Assembly (NCBI GenBank): GCA_964016885.1
Contig: OZ024747.1
Location: 48,856,001 to 48,920,000, forward strand
Origin: Eledone cirrhosa
Lineage: Eukaryota
Length of the DNA stretch: 64,000 nucleotides
Direction of reading: 5' to 3'
Shown here: positions 40,554 through 55,499 of the stretch, piece after piece
Position numbering within the stretch: the first letter of the stretch is position 1
Layout: each line of letters opens with the position of its first letter
Notes under the pieces: generated by a model
What the model was told of the DNA's origin: nothing
Seen by the model: the letters and a program-made list of their open reading frames with translations, nothing else
Databases searched by the model: none
Program-made: the position numbers and the translations under genes

Positions 40554-41559
40554 TATAATAAAGTAAGGAGTGCGGGACTGCATCCAGAATAAAAAATGTT
40601 ATCCCGTTTGTAAAATAAGTTGGATTACTTTGAATAAATAATGAATGATTACATAATTTATGTACTAAATTTCGTATTTATAAATAATTTGAAATTGACT
40701 TCTTTTCAAAGTTTCAAATTTCTACACTTCCGGTATATCGTCGCCACCACCATCACTTCAACTACCATATATATATAGAAAGAGAGAGTTTGTGATGAGA
40801 GAGAGATAGAGTGATTATGACTTTCTACATGCTGACGCATATGATTGTGCACATACATACATCTATATGTATGAGTATTTAACTATAATCGCGCAAACAC
40901 AAACTTATAAAAATACACCCTCACGGACATACATTCAGATAAATACACATACTTTCACACAAACACACATTCACATATACATTTACACAAACACACACAT
41001 ACAGTCATGATAGCGTTCGGTGAATTGGAAACGGGAGGGTCAAACAAGTATAAAGTTTTATTTATTTATTAACAACACAGTTTAACTCTTTTTTTTTTAA
41101 ATTCATTTGTATAAAAATTTAATATAATGATTACAGAACGAAAACACTAACAAATATAATATATACAAAGGAAAGGGAAAATGGCTCTTCCAGTGCATCT
41201 CCCTTACCACACTCCGGGGAAACGCCTTCTCCATCCTGTCCACCGGGGCTGTGGGGTGGGGGGCAGCAAGTGGGACCCCATTTGCTCAACATACGGATTA
41301 ATAGGCAAAGTTATAAACTATTATGATAATATAGTTAGCTAACAGAACACGGTAGCAAAAGAGTCACTAACTGTGACGTCCCATTCACACAAATACACAT
41401 ACTTTCACACTACACACTACACACTACACACACACATTCACACATACTTTCACACAAACACATACATACATTCACACAAACACACACATACATTTACACA
41501 AGCACACACATACAGTCATGATAGCGTTCGGTGAATTGGAAATGGGAGGGTAAAAGTAC

Positions 41560-42250
41560 AACTTTTTATTTATTTATTAACAACACAGTTTAACTCTTTT
41601 TTTTTAAATTCATTTGTATAAAATTTAATATAATGATTACAGAACGAAAACACTAACAAATATAATATATACAAAGGAAAGGGAAAGGAAAAAAATAAAG
41701 AAAAAAAATACACAAGCAGGTAATACACACATCTTAGACCCCATAGAATAAAATGCAGGCGAAAGAATTGATAAAAGAGACGCAAAAAAGATAGCAATAT
41801 AGCGAGGAGCACTGGGAAACCTCTCTAATAATTTTTGAGGCAAGCCAGCACGCTCGCAGCGTTACCTAGGGTAATGGCGAGGCTGAGGTGCTGGAACAAC
41901 CAAGTGCCCTCACGAGCATCACCAGTTACTTCTGATTGGCGAGCCGCCAGTGAAGATAAGAATCTCACTGTCAGTAGCCCGACTCCCCCAAACGTCTCGA
42001 ACGCCACAGGCTGTATAATGTAGTTAGCTGTATATACGGTATTTTAGAGGATTTTGTTCCGTTCAGCTGCGGATGCTGTAGCTTTCGCCCTTACCGCTGC
42101 ATCCAGGATGTGGGAAGAAGCAAAAGAGTCATTAACTGTGACGTCCCAGGTAGGGAACAGAATAAGACCACCAAGTCTTTTCCCATCAATTCTGGACAAC
42201 CCAGATGGTTCCAAATTTGAGGTGATGTTTGCCCGGGCCAAAGCTCTTAA
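41560..42250 (-). mobile_element. CRE-clade non-LTR 3' fragment (RLE domain remnant)
   Basis: EPSGLSRIDGKR, WDVTV.DSFA, FETFG and WLFQHLSLAITLGNA. The 3' UTR is duplicated at 41055-41180. Confidence 0.75.
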
Positions 42251-42455
42251 GTGGTAATAGGACAGTGTGTATATGTGCATGCGCGAGTTTGTCGGTGTTC
42301 TTAAATTAGAGACATGTGTGTGTGTCACTGTTTTTAAGTTAGAGACATATATGTGTGTATCCCTTTCCTTCCTTTTACACACACATACATTCACACAAAC
42401 ACACATACACATTGCGTGATGGACGGGTGGACAGAAGTCCCTCAAATTTATATAC

Positions 42456-43040
42456 ATGTGAATGGAGTTCTACTGAAGCAGTTAGAGAAGTTCAAGTATC
42501 TTGGAGCCGTGTTCATGAGGGATGGAATGCAGGAGGCTGAATTAAGTGCAAGAATTGCAAAAGCTGATGCAGTAATGCGCCATCCTCAGCATTCAGCAAT
42601 CAGAAGGGGGTAGGTGTAAAAGCCAAACTCGCTGTCTTCCTGGTATTCCTACCAACTCTTACCGGGAATCATGAATCTTGAGTAATGGCCAAAAGAATAC
42701 AATTGCAAATAAAAGGGTCTTTGGAGTAACGTTACTTGATAAAGTGCATAGCTCAGAGGCCTGGTAGAACCGCTACTTCTCCGAATTGAGAGATCACAAC
42801 TCCGATATTATGAGCATGTGGTTAGAATGTCTCACTAAAGAATCGCTGGACACATTTTACAGGCAAAACCAACCGGCAAGAGACCCAGAGGTAGACCCTG
42901 AGCAAGATAGTTGGATAACATCCATGAGTTGGCTGGTCACGCTTTGGGATCCAGCTACACCAGATAGAGATGTTTGCTTCTGACAGACTCGCTGGACGGA
43001 GTGTTTGAGAAGGACTCTGTCCCCACCACCCTCTCAGAAA
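42456..43040 (+). mobile_element. RTE-clade LINE 3' fragment
   Basis: VNGVLLKQLEKFKYLG, ARIAKA and RPRGRP-like residues, with a (GAA)n tail. Confidence 0.7.
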
Positions 43041-43340
43041 TAAGTGGGTGAAGAAGAAGATATTGTCAATTTACATATATATATTTGCGTATAATACCAA
43101 TATGCACACTACATATGCCTGAAGAAAAACGCTCGAAGGGCGGATTTTCTGCTAGTAAACAATGAAGGAGTAGCCAATCGTCCTTGTTATCTTTTCACTA
43201 TAATACACTCAGTCTAGCTCCAAACCTCGACAGACACTGAAGTGAACCTACACCTCGAGTGCTCATCCGGGTGAACCTACAGTAACTCAAAGTTACACTC
43301 CCTGGATATATATATATATAGACATTCATGTGATCAAATA

Positions 43341-43406
43341 TATTTTATTATACATATTTCAGAGGTACTGAGCTATTTCAACAGTACGTCCTCATCAGAT
43401 AAAATA
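43341..43406 (-). ncRNA. Minimal type-I hammerhead motif in a short element between (TA)n tracts
   Basis: TATTTTAT-CTGATGA-GGAcGTACTG..CAGTACcTCT-GAAA-TATGTA-T-A-ATAAAATA. Confidence 0.8.
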
Positions 43407-43454
43407 AATTGATGTCTCACATACCTTGACTGTGTTATATATATATATATATAT

Positions 43455-43715
43455 AGGAACGAGTAGGACCCCGACGGCTGAGCTCAAGCCGTTTCGACGG
43501 CTAATTCTGGACTAAGTTAGTCTAGAATTAGTCCAGAAGTTTAGTCCAAATCTAGTCCAGAAGTTTAGTCCAAGTTTAGTTCAGAATTAGCCGTCGAAAC
43601 GGCTTGAGCTCAGCCGTCGGGGTTCTACTCGTTCCTATTACCCACTCTACTACCCTAAGTATTGAGTACTTTAGTGCGTTATGGTCCATTTGGTTCCTTA
43701 CCACATTTCCTTCGT
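43455..43715 (+). mobile_element. Family A fold-back element, longest copy
   Basis: Arms 43455-43515 and ~43577-43636, with TTAGTCCAGAAG micro-tandems at the centre. Tail GAGTACT at 43664-43670. Confidence 0.8.
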
Positions 43716-44009
43716 TATATATGTATATATATATATATGTATATATGTATAACCAGGTTTGATGGTCTTTATTCTCTCTCGTTCACGATTTCACCGAACT
43801 TATATTCATGGAAATTTTTGGACTTGACTCGCTCTTCCTCACTTTTCGTTGCTTCACCATCTTTGATGGTTTACACTCTCGCTGTTCCCTTTATTTACAT
43901 GTCCCAACGACTTTTTTTAGCCGTTGCTCGCACCAACCGGAGGTATATGGTCTTTAAAGCGAAGAAATACCGATGAGGGTTGGAAGATCACTGATGAAGG
44001 ACCACTTTA

Positions 44010-44074
<65 letters not shown>

Positions 44075-44336
44075 ATATGTATATATGTATATAGAGATGT
44101 AAAAACACAGTCTTAATAGAGTCACAAGAGGAATATATATACCTACATACACACATACATACACACGTATATATTGTTTATAGAAACATATACATACATA
44201 TATACAAAACATACATACATACAGTACACACATATATAAATATAAATATATATATACATATATAAACATATATACATACATACATACATACATACATACA
44301 TACATACATACATACATACACACACACAGAGACAGT

Positions 44337-44413
<77 letters not shown>

Positions 44414-44569
44414 CCTGGTATGCGTGTGTGTGTTATTCTATCCTTTATATGTTTATTGACAACCACAACAATAACAAGATTCCTAACTGTAACCATAGCA
44501 ACAACACTTCACTCTACATCTCTTACGTGACCATTTCAATCAACAGCTGAAGTACCTGTAAATCTAATG

Positions 44570-45490
44570 TCTTCGCCACCATACCACCACCACCACCACT
44601 ACCATCACTACCATCACCATCACCACCACTACCATCACTACCACCACCACTACCATCACTATCATCACTACCACCACCACCACCACAACAACCACCACTA
44701 TCATCACTACCACCAGCAACACCATCACCACCACTACCATCACAACCACTACCACCACCACCACTATCATCACTACCACCACCACTACCACCACCACCAC
44801 TATCATCACTACCACCAGCAACACCATCACCACCACTACCATCACAACCACTACCACCACCACCACTATCATCACTACCACCACCACTACCATCACAACC
44901 ATCACTATCATCACTACCACCACCACTACCATCACTACCATCACTATCATCACTACCACTACCATCACTACCATCACTATCATCACTACCACCACCATCA
45001 CCATCATTACCATCACCACCATCACCACCACCACCACTATCATCACTACCACTACCACCACCATCACTATCATCACTACCACCACCACTACCATCACTAC
45101 CATCACTACCACCACCACTACCATCACTACCATCACTATCATCACTACCACCACTACCACCACCACTACCATCACTATCATCACTACCACCACCATCACC
45201 ATCACTACCATCACCACCATCACCATTACCACCATCACCATCACTAACTACCATCACCACCATCACCATTACCACCACCATCACCAGAACCACCACCATC
45301 ACCACACCACCACCATCGCAACCACTACCGCTAGCAACATCATCACCACTGCACTGACCACCACCACCACACAATAACAGCCACAACCTCTATTACCACT
45401 CCCACTCCCACCACCACCACTCCCACCACCACCACCACCACCCTCATCACTCCCACTCCCACCGCCACCACCACCGCCACCGCCGCCACT
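44570..45490. repeat. Compound (CAC/CAT/TAC)n microsatellite
   Basis: Direct reading. Source of the poly-His and Gly/Asp/Ser ORFs. Confidence 0.9.
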
Positions 45491-46121
45491 AAAAAAATTA
45501 CCCACAATAATAGCAATAACAATTCAGCAAACACCATCAAATAAAACCACACCTACTGCTGCTGCTGCCACCTACACACACACAGTAACACTACAACCGC
45601 AGCGACAACAACAACAACAATACCAACAACAGGAGCAACAGCAGCAACAGGATACAGCAACAGCAGCAGGTACGGCAGCAGGAACAGCAGCAACAGGAGT
45701 AACAGTAACTACACCGGAAGCAACTGCTGTAGTATTAGTGTATTTTCAATCACCAACATTACTTGCCAATATAATCGTAATCATCATCATCATCATCGTC
45801 ATCATCACCACCATCAACATCAACATCACCACAATTACCACCTCTATAACACCACCAACACTACCAACCACCACTACCGCCCAGCCACCAGTACGGCCAC
45901 CATCACCACCACCGCCACCACCACCATCAGCACCAGAGTCAACAACAGCTGTGACCTAAGATCAGTTAAAACATTCTCATAGAGAGGTGTTCATCATTAA
46001 ATATTCAATCGATAATAGTTTTAATATAACCAATGAGAAGACGGAATATCAGAATAGAATAGTGGAGTAGCAGACTTGATTTTCACCACATACAAACAGA
46101 ACTTAATCCTCACACACACAC

Positions 46122-46167
<46 letters not shown>

Positions 46168-46174
46168 GTATATA

Positions 46175-46270
<96 letters not shown>

Positions 46271-46291
46271 TATATACATATATATATATAT

Positions 46292-46461
<170 letters not shown>

Positions 46462-46490
46462 GTATATATATATATATGTATATATATATG

Positions 46491-46540
<50 letters not shown>

Positions 46541-46565
46541 TATATACATATATATATATATATAC

Positions 46566-46917
<352 letters not shown>

Positions 46918-46918
<1 letters not shown>

Positions 46919-47119
46919 TTAAGTTATTCCGGGTTGAATCGGAGGTAACCACAGTAAGTAAGGTACTCAATACATAGCAGAGTATAAAAGTTTTAATATA
47001 GATGAGATTTTACAGGACTAGAACTGTTTCATTCTTTAGAAATCATCAGGAATGATTCCTGATGATTTCTAAAGAATGAAACAGTTCTAGTCCTGTAGAA
47101 TCTCATCTATATTAAAACT
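46918..47119 (-). mobile_element. Fold-back element with 65-bp arms and HHR core
   Basis: Arms 46989-47053 and 47055-47119. CTGATGA-tTTC/GAAt-GAAACAGT. Fragment also at 36568-36617. Confidence 0.75.
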
Positions 47120-47176
47120 ATATATATATAGTGACGAAACATAAGTCAATTGCATGAACTGATGATCCTTTATTTA

Positions 47177-47230
47177 CTGCTATATATATTTCGATGATAG
47201 CCAGTGAATGGCTATGACCTCATCAGGCAG
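47177..47230 (-). ncRNA. Minimal type-I hammerhead motif, relative of 7129-7181
   Basis: CTGC-CTGATGA-GGTCATAGCCATTCACTGGCTATCATC-GAAA-TATATA-T-A-GCAG. Confidence 0.8.
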
Positions 47231-47290
47231 TTAGTCAGTTCTTAGATATGCCAGCTCTGTGTTTATAGTGTTGATGGTATCAGAGCCTTG

Positions 47291-47340
<50 letters not shown>

Positions 47341-47409
47341 GTGTGTGTGTGTGTGAGGATTAAGTTCTATTTGTATGTGAAAATCAAGTCTGCTACTCCA
47401 CTATTCTAT

Positions 47410-47492
<83 letters not shown>

Positions 47493-47534
47493 ATTATATA
47501 TATATAGTTATGTAATAAACAACATAAGATACTT

Positions 47535-47609
47535 ATTTCATTTACCAAAGGTTTCACGAAGACAGACGAGCCTGGAGCAGACGTCTGACTTCAACCGTCA
47601 CAATGAAAT
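47535..47609 (-). ncRNA. Degenerate hammerhead motif
   Basis: ATTTCATT-GTGACGG-(CAGACG/CGTCTG)-GAAA-CCTTTGG-T-A-AATGAAAT. Stems are intact and the core is mutated. Confidence 0.5.
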
Positions 47610-47706
47610 TTTATTTAAAACAAAACAAATTAAATAATTATCTTATAAAAAGCTCTGTAGCCTACATAGAGCACTCTCTTTTCCTTTACCTTTCCTACGG
47701 AAACAC

Positions 47707-47761
<55 letters not shown>

Positions 47762-48675
47762 ACATATATTACACACACATATATATATATATTTATTTGA
47801 CAACTACATACACACAGACACTAACACACATATGCACACACATACACACACACTCAGAATGGCAAGGGCCGTAACTCTATGCGTCAAAGCATGGCGTCCG
47901 CCCCTCTACCGATAACAAAAAGATATAATTGTTTCTACTTTAGGTACAAGGCCAGCAATTACCCAGTGCATTACTGGTACTTTATTTTATCGACCCCGTA
48001 AGGATGAAAGGCAAAGTCAACCTCGGCGGGATAGTATTTTAATCATGCAAATTGCTACAACTCAAAAAGCTCGAAGCTTAGTTGTTCTTTCACCTCCTTC
48101 CAATTGTTTAATCGCTGTCAACGGATCAGGCAGTCAACTGATCAAGATATCAATACATATATATATATGTATACACACACACACACACACACACATGTAT
48201 ATATATATATATATATACACACACACGTATATATATATGGACCTTCCAGTTTCATTTCCCATTACATACATGTCTGTGTATATTTTAGTTATTCAAAAAT
48301 TATTTTTAAGTGAACATGATGTTTTTAAATATTTTGAAGTGAATGTGACCCAACGGGTCACGGGTGGTCTAGTATACTACTAAAACTCTGTGATTGTTTG
48401 CTTCCTTGATTGTTCGTCTGTAATGTAATACAGACGAAAGGGCGCATAAAGGGGAAATACTTTGAAAAAAAGTTGACTCTGAAATGTGACTTTGACAATA
48501 TATCATCAACCTGCCGGTTATCGAACCAACCAACCAACCGGACATTTATAATAAATTGAAGTGAAAACCAACAGGTGCGTGTGATTTTTAATGGCAGCAT
48601 GACCCTCCCAAAGTATAACAATATATATATATATATATATGTGTGTGTATCTATATATCTATAGCTACTATATAT

Positions 48676-48875
48676 NNNNNNNNNNNNNNNNNNNNNNNNN
48701 NNNNNNNNNNNNNNNNNNNNNNNNNNNNNNNNNNNNNNNNNNNNNNNNNNNNNNNNNNNNNNNNNNNNNNNNNNNNNNNNNNNNNNNNNNNNNNNNNNNN
48801 NNNNNNNNNNNNNNNNNNNNNNNNNNNNNNNNNNNNNNNNNNNNNNNNNNNNNNNNNNNNNNNNNNNNNNNNNNN
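48676..48875. other. Assembly gap (200 N)
   Basis: Run of N. Confidence 1.
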
Positions 48876-50166
48876 ATTTTCCATCACACTAGTTTTATTA
48901 AGGCATTACACGAAATAAAAATTGTTGATAGAGAAATAATCTATTCATATACTCTTTTACACTTTACCTGTTCCAGCCATCCGGCTGAGGCCATGCTGGG
49001 GCACCGCCCTTGTCATATATAATGGGTTTTGATTTAGGCACAAGGCCAACAATTTTAGGGGAGTGGGGAAAGTCGATTAAATAGACCGGGGTGTATACCT
49101 AACCTCGGCGGGATTTGAATTCAGATCGTAAAGGGTCATAAATCTATGCTGTAAAAAGCATCGTGTCCTCTACCGATACTGCCAATCCACCAGCCTTAAT
49201 CTATGCATATATAATGCCAATCACTGAATCTATAACAAGATATTATGTATAATCCTAATCACCCCTAACATTAAATTAAACAAATATTTTTTAGAGAAAT
49301 AATTAGATAATTTATTCATATGTAATTGTTCCCAATCTTATTTTATCGTAAAATCCTTAAACAATATTCCAAAGTGTGTGGAACTCAGACATATTTTACG
49401 GACGCTCCCAATTTTAATGATACATTAAATAAAATAAAAATCGTTCCAGAGAAAAACTCTGTTCTACATATTAAAAAAAGACATATAATGAGTTTTTATT
49501 AAGTTTTATAAATAAAAAAAAAAGACCATTTATCTCACTGAGCCCATTTTGAGAAACCGTGTTGTAAAGAATTAGTTTCAACGAACTACTCAGAGTTTGA
49601 AATTAGAAAGTTCGATAATTTCCATGGACATCTATGTGCCCTTAATTCTTAATGGTGTCGTAGAGGTGTTATCATGACATATGGTTCTTGGGTATTCAAA
49701 CTTGACGATGCTTACCCTTCTTCAAGTCGGAATAAAGCCGTCTTCCTCCAAAGAAATACAGAAAGTAGGGAGAAAGGGAGCGAGTGTGATAGAAAAGTGA
49801 AAAAGAGAGAAAGGAATTGGCCCCAGTAATTAACTGGTACTTTATATATTGACTGCGAAAGGATATAAGCAAGTTTGACCTCGATGGGTTTTGTACTCAG
49901 AGCGCAGGTATCCTGAACAAATACCGCAAACCATTCTATCTGACATTCTAACGACCTCAACCAATTGGGACCTTCTATAATTTCTAAACTGAATGACCAC
50001 TAAATAATTATTTAGTCCAGTACTATACCCTCAAGTGTATATATACATATATATAGATATATATACATATATATATATATATTTGTGTGTGTGTGTAAGG
50101 TTTAACAAAATTTACCTTACGCCTCCAATAAGTTGTTACACGCACACACAGCCTCACCCCCCCCCC

Positions 50167-50207
<41 letters not shown>

Positions 50208-50447
50208 GTATGCAACAGAAAGTGAAGTAAACGTTCTTACGTAAATTAAGACCGGTGATGTATAAATCCCCTGGAGTTGATTAAAACACTTACCTGGAAA
50301 AAACGAAAAAATATTACAGCATTACAAAATGATTTATAGTTGAAGAATATTAGACATACAAAAATTATGTGTGCATATATATATATATATATAGTGAAAG
50401 AATGAAGAGTAACATGGTTGGCTGTACAACAAGGGGCTTTATTTCAG

Positions 50448-50558
50448 GTATTAACAATTGTTTCATTGATCAGGTGAGTCTAGAGGCCGCTAATCGCTCG
50501 AAGTTGCGTCACTCGATCTCTATTACATTATTTAGCTGTGATCAATTCCTCGGAATAC
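50448..50558 (-). ncRNA. Hammerhead variant (CCGAGGA core, long stem II loop)
   Basis: GTATT-CCGAGGA-ATTGATCA...TGATCAAT-GAAA-CAATTG-T-T-AATAC. Confidence 0.7.
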
Positions 50559-51398
50559 AAAAATAATTTATACATGGCAAGATATATAGAGAGAAATAGC
50601 GTATAATCAAAACAATAACATCAATAATAAAAAATATATGATAAATAGGTAAAGAAGTTACAGATGTAAAAAGTAAAAGATAAGAAAAAAGATACAGTAA
50701 AAAAGTAAGAGAATGGAAAAATAATAGAAATATAAAGAAATAAGGATAAGTGAGAGCATATAAGTACAGAATATGATAGTGGTGGTGGTGAGTAAGTGTG
50801 CGTATAAGGATTCTGTGGTGGGTTTAGTGCTAACATGGAAAGTCATATTCGAAACATACATAGATACGTGTAGAGAGTCTGAGGTAGTGACAGATAAAAG
50901 AAAAAGCAATAAATTAGAGATTAATTGGGAGATACTAGTATGAGACCCAAAGGCTAAGGGTCGATGGTGAAGGGAGGTTTGACAAATGTTTTGCTGATTG
51001 TCTTGTCTTAATGGGGTTGATGCGGTTTCAGGGAGAGAGGGTGAAAGAGATGTTAAGAGATTTATGATCTAGTGACCAGTCGGCCGCTTGACAGCTAATA
51101 GCGGTGTGATGGTATGTATTCCATACGTTAAAATCCAGGTGGTTCAGTTCTAATTTTGGGATTGCTGGCTCGAATCACTGTGGTTTAAAAAGCATAAGAA
51201 TTCCCGCGAATTCGGTATATTACTATGGAAACATCTTGTTGAGTCAAACAAAGCCGTACGTTGAAACTATCCACGACGCAGAGTACTCACAACCTCTAAC
51301 TGGATTACCTATAACGATAACTTGTTATCCCATATATATATATATTTATATATATACAAACAGACAGGCGCACATGCACTCACAAATAAACATGTACA

Positions 51399-51523
<125 letters not shown>

Positions 51524-51611
51524 ATAGTATTTTAGTTATATATTATTTTGAGTGCTTGAAATCGTATCTACAACCCTTGTTTTCACGAGCAAAACAGAAG
51601 AACTGCATACA

Positions 51612-51972
51612 TGATGGCTGCCCCCTCGTTATCGAGTATGGCCATTGCATGATATAAGATATAACATTATTAATAATTATCAATTAATTCTACCGTGCAA
51701 TGCCTGTGCGTGAAGATTTTTTTTTTTTTAAGTGAGGAAAGACTGTGCACTGAGCCAATCCCACTCTCTGAGCGACAGTAGCTATAACCCGAAAAGAAGA
51801 AAAGATCAACATCATCGGTAACTACTGAGCCGCGGGCTTTATGTCGGAGTTATCCCAGTTTCCTGAGTTGCCTTCTCCTAGAAGAATGCCCTGACAAAGG
51901 CTAGGGGTCCTTCACTCCCAGTGGTTTAACTGCGGGATCGGGTATCCAGCCCGATTATTTCTATGTCCCCGC
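51612..51972 (-). mobile_element. Family P copy
   Basis: Reverse complement of 19772-20118. Confidence 0.7.
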
Positions 51973-52176
51973 ACATATATACACATATGCATACATGCAT
52001 ATACATACATATATACACATGTACATACATATTTACACATTTTTCTGGGTGGCGGTTGAGTCTTATGAGTCCTTCCGCCCTTTGTCAGGCTTTGTTTTTT
52101 GTCCTGCAGGGTGTCCCGAATCACCCTCCTCACCAAGTAAACTTGGTGAGGAGGGTGATACATAAATACATACATA

Positions 52177-52325
<149 letters not shown>

Positions 52326-52350
52326 TTTGCTCCAGTGTTGTTGAGCGCTT

Positions 52351-52400
<50 letters not shown>

Positions 52401-52787
52401 GCGCGTGAGTGTATGTATATAAGAAATATAAATAAAAGAGGAAGCAAATCGATATAGGAGATCGATATATTAATATACACTGGGAGATTGAGCGTAATAG
52501 ATCATATATGTTAGAAGGTATTATATATATAAAAGATGACTAACTGTAACAGATCAATAGCAGTAATAAATCAATGAAAATAATAGGACACTATATATGA
52601 GAAGGCACAATGAATAACAGATCAATAGAAATATGAGATCAATAGAAGAAAATGAATGAGACGCGGTGGTACCATTAAGGCCAACTCGGCAGTTGCATAG
52701 GGCGCAAACCTCACGAAGCGCTTTACTGAACCTTAAAAAATCCCAGTTTTATACCAAATTATTTTATCAAATTAAATATATGATAAT

Positions 52788-52974
52788 TGTTTCTACGTTT
52801 GGCACAAGGCCAGAAATTACCCAGTGTATTACTGGTACTTTATTTTATCGACCCCGTAAGGATGAAAGGCAAAGTTAACCTCGGCGGGATTTGAACTCAG
52901 AATGGCAAGGGCCGTAACTCTATGCGTCAAAGCATGGCGTCCGACCCTCTACCGATACTGCCAATCCACCGCCC
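52788..52974 (-). mobile_element. SINE family 1, full length with 15-bp TSD
   Basis: TSD TAAATATATGATAAT at 52773-52787 and 52975-52989. A and B boxes present. Further copies at 54117-54292(+), 54545-54733(-) and 63369-63554(+). Confidence 0.9.
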
Positions 52975-53160
52975 TAAATATATGATAATATCCCGCGATC
53001 AATAAATAATTCGCTAAACATTTTTGCGGTGTAGAAGTGTTGTTAAAATATCTAAAGTGGTATGGAGAGTCGTATGGTGTAATACACCGTAATGTAGTGA
53101 ATGTGTAGTGTGTTGTGGAAAATATAGGTTTAGCAATTAATTACTTATGGAAGTCAATGT

Positions 53161-53452
53161 GAAGGTGCGTGGCTTTGTGGTTAAGGTATTCGGCTCGCAA
53201 TCAGAAGGTCATGAGTTCGATTCCCGGTAAAATCTTTGAGCAAAACAATTTATTTCCCATTGCTCCAGTTTACTCAGCTGGGAAAAATGAGTTGTACCTC
53301 TAATAAGAAGAGTCAGCCAAGTCAGATTCTGTGTCACGCTGAATTTCCACGAGAACTACGTTAATACGCATGTCTGTGGAATGCTCAGCCACTTGCAGGT
53401 TAATTCATGAGCAGGCTGTTCCGTTGGTCGGATCAACAGGAACACTCGTCGT
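53161..53452 (+). mobile_element. SINE family 2 copy
   Basis: TGGCTTTGTGG, GAGTTCGATTCCC and TTGAGCAAAACA. Confidence 0.65.
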
Positions 53453-55056
53453 TGTTTTATTGTGGTGATGTCAGACAATAGATTCATCAATTTATCAAAC
53501 TGAAGAAGGGGCCGCACTATGTAGAGTTAGCTAACTTAGGGTAGTAAATACCCAGGAACACCTGTACAGTTAGCTAGCTTAGGTCATCAAGGTGTCATCT
53601 CTGCTAACGGCATATTATAAATAAAAGAACGATTCAAGTAATAGAGCAGTATAAACGACAAATTATCATAGGTAATAGAACAGTAAAATGGACATAGCAC
53701 TCTACGTAACAACTCTATAAGTAAGAGAGAGCAGAGTACTCTATATAACAAAGCAGTATTATAAATGTTGGATAATTTCTATAAAAGACAATACTATATA
53801 TAACATCGGATAGAACACTTTGTGGTATTCGTTTCGGCTTTCCGCTCTCTGAGTTTCAAATCCCGCCGAGGTCATCTTTGTCTTTTCTCCGATTAAGGTC
53901 GATAAACAAAGCACCAATCTAATACTGGAGTCGATATCTTTCTCACTTCCTCTCACTCTCTATCCTTTTCTGGAAAAAATCTGCTGGATTTAAACCTGGG
54001 GGGGGGGGGGGGGGTTAAATAATACCCTAGAAACGCCGTATGTCTGTCAATACGGCTCTCCTACAACTGCCTCGGGAGGCACGGGTCATGCAGACGTATA
54101 ACAGAGCAGCACTAGAATTGGCAGTATCGGTAGAGGGTCGGACGCCATACTTTCCAGCATAGTTACGTCCCTTTACGGTCTGAGTTCAAATCCCGTCGAG
54201 GTTAACTTTGCCTTTCATCCTTACGGAGTCGATAAAATAAAGTACCAGTAATGCACTGGTTAATTGCTGGCCTTGTGCCAAAAGTAGAAACAACTATAAC
54301 TAATGTGGACACAGCACGGCTGGATGAAAGAAAATTTCACATATTGCGTCCTGCTGAATATCCCATAAAATCCGGTTACGGGCACGGGTGTTTGTCGAAT
54401 GCTTACCTATCTATATATGTTAATTTCGAACAAATAGAACAGTCATCGTCGAAACTGACGGAAATCCATTCCATTCTATTCCACTTGAAGTAGCAGCAAC
54501 ATAAAAACAAAGAGCGTTGTAAGTAGTAAAAGGCTGTAAATAATTGTTTCTACTTTTGACACAAGGCCAGCAATTATCCCAGTGTATTACTGGTACTTTA
54601 CTTTATCGACCCCGTAAGGATGAAAGACAAAGTTAACTTCGGCGGGATTTGAACTCAAATCATAAAAGGGCCGTAACTCTTTGCTGCAAAGCATGGCGTC
54701 CGACCCTCTACCGATACTGCCAATCCACCGCCCTTAGAGTGTGAAAGTCTGGAACCTGGAGGCGAGGCCGGTGTTTAACATGGTTACGGCGGTGTGGAGT
54801 GACGGAGAGTGACACTCGCATTTCTTATTACAAGCACATTAAAAAACAACAGCATACACACACCTATATATCGACAGTCGATCGACTTTCGTCAAATTGG
54901 ACCGAGGAAACAATGTTTCCAATTGCTAATACTCTCTATCGGTCGGTAGAAGAAGCAACGTGAAAGTGTCTTAACACATAACACATTGCCCGGTCCAGGA
55001 ACCGATCTCACAACCTCACCAATGCGAAATCCAATTCTCTAACCACACAGCCAGTG

Positions 55057-55210
<154 letters not shown>

Positions 55211-55257
55211 CGTATGTGTATATATATATGTGTATATATTTATAATGTATATATATA

Positions 55258-55347
<90 letters not shown>

Positions 55348-55390
55348 GTATATATATATATGTATATATATATATATGTATATATATATT

Positions 55391-55421
<31 letters not shown>

Positions 55422-55460
55422 ATATAGGTATGTATATATATATATGTGTGTGTGTGTGTA

Positions 55461-55499
<39 letters not shown>

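Noticed and set aside
44523-45386. Gly/Asp/Ser-rich and poly-His ORFs
   Set aside because: Trinucleotide repeat that is open in several frames on both strands.
52788-52974. tRNA genes suggested by A/B boxes
   Set aside because: No cloverleaf, multicopy with TSDs and a SINE body.
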